Origin: a virus
Taxonomy: Duplodnaviria > Caudoviricetes
Virus record (IMG/VR): IMGVR_UViG_3300001868_000225
Span: 1 to 52,879 of that record
Length of the DNA stretch: 52,879 nucleotides
Strand: one strand, 5' to 3'
The translations under genes were made by a program, and so were the position numbers. Positions 28,286-35,445 of this stretch are shown here, piece after piece. The notes under the pieces were generated by a model. It did no database searches. It saw only the letters and a list, made by a program, of their open reading frames with translations, and was not told the origin of the DNA. Each line of letters starts with the position of its first letter. Within the stretch, counting starts at the first letter, position 1.

Positions 28286-28615
28286 TTACTTAAATAATTT
28301 GAGCCTCTTAGTTGTTTTTTTGAGCGAAATTTCAATTTGTTCAAAGGCTTTGCTTTGGCCAATTGAGATAAAATAATCATTTATTTTTTTGAAGGATTCT
28401 GCAACTGCAACCGTGAGTTGTTGTATTGCTTTATCGCGTTTCCATGCCGCAAAACCGACTGAGCGCTCAAATATTTTTTTAAATCTTTGAGCATCTTCCG
28501 GAGTGAGTGTTTCGAATGGTGGATCTAACGGCTGTTTGAATTGTTCGTTATAGTATTGGGCAAGTTGGTTATTTTCCATCTTCAGCAATTTTAGATATAA
28601 ACTCATTTCCTTCAA
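28286..28615 (-). CDS. Hypothetical protein
   Basis: Helical ORF; true start may be MENNQL near 28579. Confidence 0.6.
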   Translation of the reverse strand: MKEMSLYLKLLKMENNQLAQYYNEQFKQPLDPPFETLTPEDAQRFKKIFERSVGFAAWKRDKAIQQLTVAVAESFKKINDYFISIGQSKAFEQIEISLKKTTKRLKLFK

Positions 28616-28877
28616 ATAATGTAACTGCTACCCGTGAAGGATCAAACATTCCCTCCATAGCAGCAACAACACATTTGTAACTTTTTTCTTTAACTATATG
28701 TGTTTGCTCAGCTTCTTTTGAGTTTTTGTCGAAACCTGAATATACTTTAATTATATTAATCATTGGCTGAAGTTCTTCAACGGTATATGGTGTTTTAATT
28801 GCCAGTTCTTCGGCAAGGCATGATGGATAATTTTTGTTTAATAACCAATTCCAATATGTTTTAAATGGATTTTTCAT
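28569..28877 (-). CDS. Hypothetical protein (MKNPFKTYWNWL start)
   Basis: Operon packing; paralogous N-terminus. Confidence 0.6.
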   Translation of the reverse strand: MKNPFKTYWNWLLNKNYPSCLAEELAIKTPYTVEELQPMINIIKVYSGFDKNSKEAEQTHIVKEKSYKCVVAAMEGMFDPSRVAVTLFEGNEFISKIAEDGK

Positions 28878-29046
28878 CTTCTTCGATTTTAATTTTTAAT
28901 CCGAGTGGTTTTAGTAATGCTGAAAGTTTATCCAGGTAAAAAGCTACACGGCGTTTGCCATGGTTTTTAGGAAGGCCTGCGGCACGCTCGTAAGCTGGCC
29001 AGCCTTTGAACTTTTGCTTGATGTAGGTTTCTATGAGGTTGAGCAT
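28861..29046 (-). CDS. Small basic protein, possibly HTH regulator
   Basis: AYERAAGLP...LDKLSALLKPLGLKIKI resembles XRE-type HTH. Confidence 0.5.
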   Translation of the reverse strand: MLNLIETYIKQKFKGWPAYERAAGLPKNHGKRRVAFYLDKLSALLKPLGLKIKIEEDEKSI

Positions 29047-29060
29047 AGTGGTTTTTATTC

Positions 29061-29240
29061 TTATCCAATTTCATACCTAATAATTAATTCACCGACAATG
29101 TCTTCTATTCCAAGTTTTTCAGAACCATCATTACCAATAAACCACCATTTACCATCTTCATCATACTCAGCAATAATCCATTCATTGTCTCGTTTAATCC
29201 AAATCCAGTAGTATCCTGGGATTCTCTTTAATTTTTTCAT
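29061..29240 (-). CDS. 59-aa Trp-rich hypothetical protein
   Basis: MKKLKRIPGYYWIW..EWIIAEY..GKWWFIG. Confidence 0.6.
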   Translation of the reverse strand: MKKLKRIPGYYWIWIKRDNEWIIAEYDEDGKWWFIGNDGSEKLGIEDIVGELIIRYEIG

Positions 29241-29260
29241 GTTCAAATCTACAAAATTCT

Positions 29261-29296
29261 TTTCAAATGTTCGCATATATATGCGAACATTTGAAA
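29261..29296. repeat. Perfect 36-bp palindrome
   Basis: TTTCAAATGTTCGCATATATATGCGAACATTTGAAA equals its own reverse complement. Confidence 0.9.
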
Positions 29297-29311
29297 TATT
29301 TATTAGCAGCA

Positions 29312-29485
29312 TCAACTTGCGATGCTGCTAACAAATTGATTGTACTCGAAGCTGATCAACTCCTGATCGAGAAGTTCTGCAGCTCCTTCGAAGTAAACCG
29401 AATCTAAATAAGTAACGAAGGCTTCCCATAGGTTCTGTCGGTTTTCCTGATCTACTGCGGCTGATTTTAATTTGTAAGTTTTCAT
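29312..29485 (-). CDS. 57-aa acidic protein absent from the ORF track
   Basis: MKTYKLKSAAVDQENRQNLWEAFVTYLDSVYFEGAAELLDQELISFEYNQFVSSIAS; leader hairpin upstream and hairpin TTAGCAGCATC/GATGCTGCTAA over the stop. Confidence 0.65.
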   Translation of the reverse strand: MKTYKLKSAAVDQENRQNLWEAFVTYLDSVYFEGAAELLDQELISFEYNQFVSSIAS

Positions 29486-29491
29486 ACTGTA

Positions 29492-29658
29492 GTTTTGTTA
29501 AAAATTATATGCAGTTTTTCAGGGTCAAAATCAGGGGTAAACAAAGAGGAACTGGAATAACGGATCGAAGTGAGTATATGCCGGGAAAATCCTTGTTTAG
29601 GTATAATCCTTAGCCCTGGATATTGACCGTTTCTTAGCGTGTAATTTTGCTATAAAAC
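29492..29658 (-). promoter_or_regulatory. Long-hairpin leader element, family B copy 1
   Basis: AAAATTATATGC/GCGTGTAATTTT, GGTCAAAATC/GATATTGACC, TAAACAA/TTGTTTA; core GAGGAACTGGAATA..ATATGCCGGGAAAATCC shared with copy 2. Confidence 0.7.
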
Positions 29659-29855
29659 CAGGGATGAAGGCGAAGGCAGTGTTCAGTCGCAGTGTTCAGG
29701 TATAGGTACCAGGGAAAGTGTTCAGTATTCAGTCGCAGTTGGCAGAGGTAGAGTGGAGTATGAGATTGCTTCGTACCTCGCAATGACGGCCTTTCGACAG
29801 GTTCGGGGATCAGGAGCGACATAAAAAAAAGCCTTTCGGCTTTCTTTGGTTTCAG

Positions 29856-30170
29856 TTAAAAGGGAAAGTCATCGTTAGCCGGTTCTTTCTTCGATTTCTT
29901 TTTGGAAGGTTTTTGTGCCTTTTTTTGTTCTTCAGGACCATAAGGCTGTATTGGGATGGCTGCCGAAACTTTGGTCTGATAATAACAGGTGTGGGTGCGT
30001 CCGAATTTGTCGTCTTGTTTCAGTTTAGCCACCTCAAATGAGAGGTACTTTACTCCGTTCTTTTCGAACACTGCTTTTTCGAGGCCTTCAACTGGTAATA
30101 CAATTCTCACGATGTCAAGGTTTTCTACCTGAGTTCCTTTTCCGATGTAATGTTTTTCAAAAGTTGTCAT
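29856..30170 (-). CDS. Hypothetical protein with OB-fold/SSB-like features
   Basis: MTTFEKHYIGKG..KYLSFEVAKLKQDDKFGRTHTCY; ends DDFPF like an SSB tail; terminator at 29823-29844. Confidence 0.7.
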   Translation of the reverse strand: MTTFEKHYIGKGTQVENLDIVRIVLPVEGLEKAVFEKNGVKYLSFEVAKLKQDDKFGRTHTCYYQTKVSAAIPIQPYGPEEQKKAQKPSKKKSKKEPANDDFPF

Positions 30171-30350
30171 AATATTGAATTTAAGGTTATAAAAAAAATT
30201 TATACCGGGTGAGAATATTCTGAATGAGGGTGGCAATGGAGGAACTGGAATACCGGAACGTAGCGAGGATATGCCGGGAAAATCCATTGACGGGTTCCTT
30301 CCTTGAAAGAATACACCTTTGTAGATAATTTTTGACTAACGCTCAATATT
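30171..30350 (-). promoter_or_regulatory. Long-hairpin leader element, family B copy 2
   Basis: AATATTGA/TCAATATT, GGTG/CACC, TATTCT/AGAATA, CAATGGA/TCCATTG; base abuts ATG 30170. Confidence 0.7.
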
Positions 30351-30478
30351 CTGTCAACCGTAGAAAATTTGCACCGGCGAAAGGTTACCTAGGTAAACCG
30401 GGAGATTGGGATAGTATTGTTGCCAGGTGAAGCCCTGATCGTGTTCGGTAGAATATCGGTGAAGTAACCATTGAGGCT

Positions 30479-30681
30479 GTGCTAACGAAATGAAGATGAC
30501 CGGCAACCCACGTTAATCGGACCATGGTGGCGACATCAACAGCATGGTGGCCGGAACAAAAACACAAAAGTAACGAACAAGCATCCCGAAAGATGGCCTT
30601 ACGAACTGAAACCAAATGCCGAAAGGCTTTTAGGGGAGCACGGTGCATGGGGCAAAGGGCATGGAGCTTCAGTGTTAGCGC
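30479..30681 (+). other. attC-like hairpin, left boundary of ibrAB cassette
   Basis: GTGCTAAC...GTTAGCGC ends; inner pairings TGAAG/CTTCA, ATGACC/GGGCAT, CCCACG/CATGGG. Confidence 0.5.
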
Positions 30682-30864
30682 CTATTTAACTGGCAGCGTG
30701 ACAATCCAGTCGGCGACAATATTAATGAGCGTTTCAATTTTTTCTTTGTGAACATCTGACACGCGATCACGGGTAATTGACGAGCGATCACTTGCAAGGG
30801 TGCGGCTCAATTCAGCCCAATTTAGTAAGGCTTTTGCTTTAATTTTAGCTTCTTCTTGGTTCAT
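30682..30864 (-). CDS. Small HTH-like protein
   Basis: LLNWAELSRTLASDRSSI; last gene of the ibrAB operon. Confidence 0.6.
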   Translation of the reverse strand: MNQEEAKIKAKALLNWAELSRTLASDRSSITRDRVSDVHKEKIETLINIVADWIVTLPVK

Positions 30865-31379
30865 TTTTCAACCTCCCATGCTTCAGAAAATTCTTCATCC
30901 ATAAATAATTCTGCAAGTCCTGTTATTTGCTTAAGCCTTAATACTTCATCTGCATCCATACCAAGTTCTTTAGCAATTTTTTCATCATTCCAATTTCGGC
31001 GACTTAATTCAACGACTATGTCGCTCATCGCTTGTATTTGATGTTTTCCCCTTGCCCTATTGTGTCTAATAGTTGAAGCAATCCTGTCGCCCTTTTCAGT
31101 TCTGTCATTATTTATAATTACACACGGAAGATGGGTAAATCCAAGTTTTTTACCTACCAAATGGCGATGAAATCCATCAATAACTTCATATCTATCTTCA
31201 ATTTTCCACACAACAATTGGTTGTGTATATCCATCCTCTTGAATTGATAATTCAAGTAATTTCATTTCTGGCGGAGCTACCTTATTGGGATTATAATCAT
31301 TCCCTTGTATTAATTCAATAGATATCCACTTAACGAATGAAACTGGATGTGTTTGTGTCCATTTTAAAATATTCTCCAT
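30861..31379 (-). CDS. ibrB: IbrB/YbdM-like ParB/Srx-domain protein
   Basis: NDYNPNKVAPPEMKLL..GYTQPIV..IDGFHR..STIRHNRARGKH..LGMDADEVLRLKQITG. Confidence 0.88.
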   Translation of the reverse strand: MENILKWTQTHPVSFVKWISIELIQGNDYNPNKVAPPEMKLLELSIQEDGYTQPIVVWKIEDRYEVIDGFHRHLVGKKLGFTHLPCVIINNDRTEKGDRIASTIRHNRARGKHQIQAMSDIVVELSRRNWNDEKIAKELGMDADEVLRLKQITGLAELFMDEEFSEAWEVEK

Positions 31380-32566
31380 TGTTGCCTCCTATTTTTCATT
31401 ACTTTCAAATATCTTTCGTATGATTCAGCTTTTGTCTGAGTAAAAGAAAGCCCTTTACACCAATAATCATTTCTTAATAATGCCTTGCAAATTCTTCTCC
31501 ATGATGGAACTTTTTTATGAGCTTCTTCGTCCAGTGTTGCTTCGTCAGGTATATCATTCGAATAACCTCTATCTATATACCATTTTATAAAAATGCTTAT
31601 TTTGTTTTCAAAATGTAGTTTTGTCTTTTGTGGCATAGAATTTAACAATAGCATAGCAAATGATTTCCATGTATGTCCATCTGGCTTTTGAATTTTTAAC
31701 ATACCATTAATATTACCGTGTTCGCCATTAAATAAAGCCCCTGAATTCGCTCCATTAACCCTGGCTACAATTTTACCCCATGTTTCAGGCTCAATAATAT
31801 GAAACAACCACAATCCACGACGTTGATCATCTCCATAAGGTTGGCAAATTCTTTGCTGATGAATAGAAACCCCTGCCTTATACATTAAGTCGTAAAGCTT
31901 ATTATATGGCTTTAAAAACCTGCCATTATATCGCCAAATATCCTGAGTTTTCCAATCATAAATAGGATACGCATTATAAACTGATTCACCGCACCAAGTA
32001 GTCCAAGATTTATCTTCAAACTTTGATTTACTCATTGCTAGTGTTCTATATCTGTTTAGGCTTTCGTCTGATCTAATACCAACAAAACAAGCTGTTAACT
32101 TCCCTTTTGAATACCAATCTCCAAATTTTGGAACAAATTCTTCAAACTCCATTCCACTATGAAAAAATGGAAAGTCTTCATTTGTTTTAACACCATTTGG
32201 CATTTCACGAATCCATATTTCTTTCTTTGTTCTATCCCATGCCAACCACTTTGGTTGGAACGTAGAAACTGCATTTCTAAGAGCAATCTCAACACAACAC
32301 CAAAAAGGCTCTATATTATCAGCATACATTGCAAACATTTCTTTTATATGCTCGATAGTTATTTTATATTGTCCTTCAAGGTCAACAAATAAAACACCAA
32401 CCATTCTATTTCTTTTTTTTGCTTCGTCCATAACTAAATGAAGCATAACAGAACTATCCTTGCCGCCTGAAAATGAAACATATATTTTTGGAAACGAATC
32501 AAAAATATACGAAATCCTTTGTTTTGCAGCCATTAATACATCAATTCCAAGCGATCTTTTAGGCAT
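31364..32566 (-). CDS. ibrA: IbrA/YbdN-like PAPS-reductase-domain protein (DUF3440)
   Basis: PP-loop SFSGGKDS; GIRSDESLNR; YPIYDW; QRICQPYG; PSWRRICK.LLRND.WCK.LSF. Confidence 0.9.
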   Translation of the reverse strand: MPKRSLGIDVLMAAKQRISYIFDSFPKIYVSFSGGKDSSVMLHLVMDEAKKRNRMVGVLFVDLEGQYKITIEHIKEMFAMYADNIEPFWCCVEIALRNAVSTFQPKWLAWDRTKKEIWIREMPNGVKTNEDFPFFHSGMEFEEFVPKFGDWYSKGKLTACFVGIRSDESLNRYRTLAMSKSKFEDKSWTTWCGESVYNAYPIYDWKTQDIWRYNGRFLKPYNKLYDLMYKAGVSIHQQRICQPYGDDQRRGLWLFHIIEPETWGKIVARVNGANSGALFNGEHGNINGMLKIQKPDGHTWKSFAMLLLNSMPQKTKLHFENKISIFIKWYIDRGYSNDIPDEATLDEEAHKKVPSWRRICKALLRNDYWCKGLSFTQTKAESYERYLKVMKNRRQQWRIF

Positions 32567-32946
32567 TTGTTAACTTGTTCTTTATTAATTTTAATAATAT
32601 CACCGTTTTCATTTATAAAACAAAAGTATCTATCTGTTTTAGACCATGAAATGGGTTCTTTAACTTCATAAATTTTGTTAGTTTCAAGAATATAATAAGC
32701 AAATATTCCTCTACTTCCTTTGCTGTTAGAATGTCTGTAATCTTTTTTGTATCTAATAAAATTCCTTTCAAAATTGAACTTTGGATGTAACCCTATAATT
32801 TCAGCCACAAAGAAACTTAATGGAATATTTCCGAATATATTTTCTGTCAATTGTTCTCCAATCATTGTAGTTGAACCGGATTTCCAAAATTTAAGAAATT
32901 GAGTGTCATTGTCGCCAATGCACTCAATTTTTAAAGTCGCTTTCAT
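32533..32946 (-). CDS. Hypothetical protein upstream of ibrA
   Basis: Co-oriented, overlaps the ibrA start; DYRHSNSKGSRG motif. Confidence 0.7.
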   Translation of the reverse strand: MKATLKIECIGDNDTQFLKFWKSGSTTMIGEQLTENIFGNIPLSFFVAEIIGLHPKFNFERNFIRYKKDYRHSNSKGSRGIFAYYILETNKIYEVKEPISWSKTDRYFCFINENGDIIKINKEQVNKCLKDRLELMY

Positions 32947-32947
32947 T

Positions 32948-33160
32948 TTAAAATTCACCATTTTGAGCTTTAAAATCTTCTATTTGGCGTTCAAAACTAA
33001 AAACTTGGTTTTGTGCTTGTTGTTTTGCATTTTCAAGTTTTTCTAATTCATTGTAATAAAACCATTCTTCTGCGCTTAATACTTCTGGCTTTGAAATAAC
33101 TATTTGTCCTTCATTTTCAATAGCTTCAATTACTGATTTGATTTCGTTGTAAGTTTTCAT
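32948..33160 (-). CDS. 70-aa acidic/coiled-coil protein
   Basis: First gene of the ibrAB operon; start MKTYNEIK. Confidence 0.6.
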   Translation of the reverse strand: MKTYNEIKSVIEAIENEGQIVISKPEVLSAEEWFYYNELEKLENAKQQAQNQVFSFERQIEDFKAQNGEF

Positions 33161-33196
33161 TTTGTGGTTTTTTAGTATTTTTGTATACACCGAAGA

Positions 33197-33255
33197 TACA
33201 ACATTTGTTGTATTACTTTCAAATGTTTTAACACTTATTTACAATAATCGTTGTA
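33197..33255. promoter_or_regulatory. Twin palindromic operators TACAA-N6-TTGTA of the ibrAB operon
   Basis: TACAACATTTGTTGTA (33197-33212) and TACAATAATCGTTGTA (33240-33255). Confidence 0.6.
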
Positions 33256-33294
33256 ATTTATTTTGATTCTAAATAAGCAATGGACAAAAACAGG

Positions 33295-33390
33295 CGTTAA
33301 TACGTGCTATACAAAAGCCGGGGCTCGGTGCTTCGTTGACAAAGAATTATTTCAAAATCCCGGCCTTCTCATAGCACCATCCGGTTGACG
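33295..33390 (+). other. attC-like hairpin, right boundary of ibrAB cassette
   Basis: CGTTAAT...GTTGACG ends; GTGCTAT/ATAGCAC and GCCGGG/CCCGGC inner stems. Confidence 0.55.
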
Positions 33391-33422
33391 AACAAAAAAA
33401 GGGGCGTTAGCCCCTCTTTAAG

Positions 33423-33800
33423 TCAAAGGTTGATCAGTTCTTCAACGTCGTGCACTTTCACATCCAGTGTCCGTTTCATTTCGTCGATCACTGAGCTGAT
33501 CACTGCCGAGTTTGAGGTTTTGAACTCGTTGCCGTTAGCATCCCTCAAACTGATGACAGAACTCAGCGAATCGGCCCCGATCTGGAAGGTCTGCAACTTC
33601 CGGCGCGAATCGTTCAATGTTTTCCACCTGTCAATCAGCATCGACAAATCTTCCACCCGCTGGATCCGTTCTTCGAGGGTCATTTTACGAGCTGCTTCTT
33701 CAACTACGTCTTTCACAACTGTCATAGTTGGAATAACTTCTACCACTTCAACAACTTCAGCAACATTGACTGCTTTCTCTGCATTATTTGATTTACCCAT
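33423..33800 (-). CDS. Hypothetical coiled-coil protein
   Basis: 125 aa; family A leader upstream; terminator AGGGGC-gtta-GCCCCT at 33394-33416. Confidence 0.75.
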   Translation of the reverse strand: MGKSNNAEKAVNVAEVVEVVEVIPTMTVVKDVVEEAARKMTLEERIQRVEDLSMLIDRWKTLNDSRRKLQTFQIGADSLSSVISLRDANGNEFKTSNSAVISSVIDEMKRTLDVKVHDVEELINL

Positions 33801-33809
33801 AACATTTTG

Positions 33810-34078
33810 CCGCTGCCCTGCGGACTTATTTTGGCATCTGGCTCAGCCGGTTAAAATTAAATTACGGGTAGTATCCATTGAGCCGGGCGGAATCTAGTCA
33901 AGGGCGAATGTCAAGTTTTAACGGAGACCGGAGCCGGAAGACCGAAGACGGAAGTTAAAAGTGACCGAGTGCGAAGCAAGGCTTAGTTCTGACTAAACTG
34001 CTAAACCAAACCACTAAACCTCCCTTTACTTTTCCGGACGGCGATCAATAACTTCATCCGGAATTTGAGTGTAACAAG
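33810..34078 (-). promoter_or_regulatory. Long-hairpin leader element, family A copy 2
   Basis: Same conserved blocks as copies 1 and 3, with compensatory changes. Confidence 0.75.
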
Positions 34079-34153
34079 AATTTCTCTGTCAAACTCCGGA
34101 AAGCCTGGTGACTTTTAAAGAGCGACCAAAAAAAGGGGCGATAGCCCCTTGAA

Positions 34154-34639
34154 TTACTGAATGAAATTTTCCTGATTGCCAAACTTCGATTCAACCTTTT
34201 CCGATCCCCAGGCATCACGCATAGCATCCATCGACATCAATTTGCCCGACTTCTTATGATACTCCCCTTTGTGCCAGTACCAGGCAGCTTTCGGATGTGA
34301 GAAGCGGTAACCTTCACTTTTCAGCGTTTCCCGGAGTGCGAATGTGTTTCCGGTAATCCAGATCCACGAGCCAATAAGTTCGATAACAATCCCTGGTAAG
34401 CAGATGATCCGGTCCAGCCGTTCACGCATTTCTTCTGAAACCTGCTGCTCATATTCCTTCCGTGCTTCCGAAAAATCAGTATTGCTGTTGATCAGCTTTC
34501 TTGAAAGCCGGTCATACAGATCGTTGATCATCTGCATAGTTGCAGTATCACCACCTTTATCCGGATGATACAGAAAAGCAAGGCGACGGTATTCCTTGCG
34601 CAATTCATCCAACGTCTTAACATCCTCGAAAAATTTCAT
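34154..34639 (-). CDS. Truncated J-domain (DnaJ-like) protein
   Basis: LDELRKEYRRLAFLYHPDKGGD with HPD motif; C-terminal IELIGSWIWITG..LKSEGYRF..AWYWH domain; terminator at 34128-34150. Confidence 0.85.
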   Translation of the reverse strand: MKFFEDVKTLDELRKEYRRLAFLYHPDKGGDTATMQMINDLYDRLSRKLINSNTDFSEARKEYEQQVSEEMRERLDRIICLPGIVIELIGSWIWITGNTFALRETLKSEGYRFSHPKAAWYWHKGEYHKKSGKLMSMDAMRDAWGSEKVESKFGNQENFIQ

Positions 34640-34648
34640 GTGAGTTCA

Positions 34649-34867
34649 CCGCTGCCCTGCGGATTTATGTAGGCTGGCTCTCCTGTTAATTTTGAGCCAA
34701 CTACCCATTGAGCAGACCGGATTCTAGTCAAGGGCGAATGTCAGTTTCGAGGCACGCAGAAAGTGACCAAGCGCGAAGCGTTGTTTATGCAAATCACATC
34801 CGGCAAACACAAACCCTTTACTTTTCCGGGATGCGATCAATAACTTCGGGGCAAAATTGTAGGAGAG
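34649..34867 (-). promoter_or_regulatory. Long-hairpin leader element, family A copy 3
   Basis: CTCTCCTG/TAGGAGAG, AATTTTG/CAAAATT, ATTGA/TCAAT, CCGGA/TCCGG, AAGGG/CCCTT. Confidence 0.75.
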
Positions 34868-35445
34868 ATAATACCTCTCTGCCTGAATAGGCGCTTAGTT
34901 GGCATTCTCTTTTGGTTCTTTTCTCTGATGCCTTGCCTGCAAATCCAGAGAAAAGAACTGCGCAAAATTTTCAGGCCGTAGGTGGTCCCTGAAAATTCAG
35001 ACGTTTGTATAACGGATGGCGCAAGGTTCTTTTTGCCCGCTTTTTCTTACAAGAAAAAGCGTAGAGGAAATCTTGTGCTTGGAATCATTCTAAATAATAT
35101 TGATTTTCCCATCAAAAAAACATCAAAAACCTAAAAATCAAGCAATCGGATTCAAAAGGGATATGCAATTCTTCCTTTTGTCTGAAAAAGACCCCGAACC
35201 GCCCTGTTCGTCTTTTGTGCTCACAAGGTCAAAAATGGCGTTATATGCTGAAAGTTTCATATATTATGTATAGTGGATACTCTATCCAAAAACCCATCGC
35301 ACGGACGAAGGTAGTGCGATACCGAATGTGTGTGAAAGCAAAAAACAGGTGAATGCGAAGCACATTCTCCTGTTGCGGGTAGTGGAACAATCATTCAGAA
35401 TTGAATGAAAGGATGGAATGAAATTTTGAATGTTTGTGTATCGGG

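Noticed and set aside
30171-30287. N-terminal extension of ORF 29856-30287, and ORFs 29634-29822, 30385-30648, 30524-30751
   Set aside because: They overlap structured hairpins or REPs; ATG 30170 at the hairpin base fits the cassette pattern
25630-35445. CRISPR array among the island repeats
   Set aside because: Repeats are long, few and separated by genes; no regular repeat-spacer period
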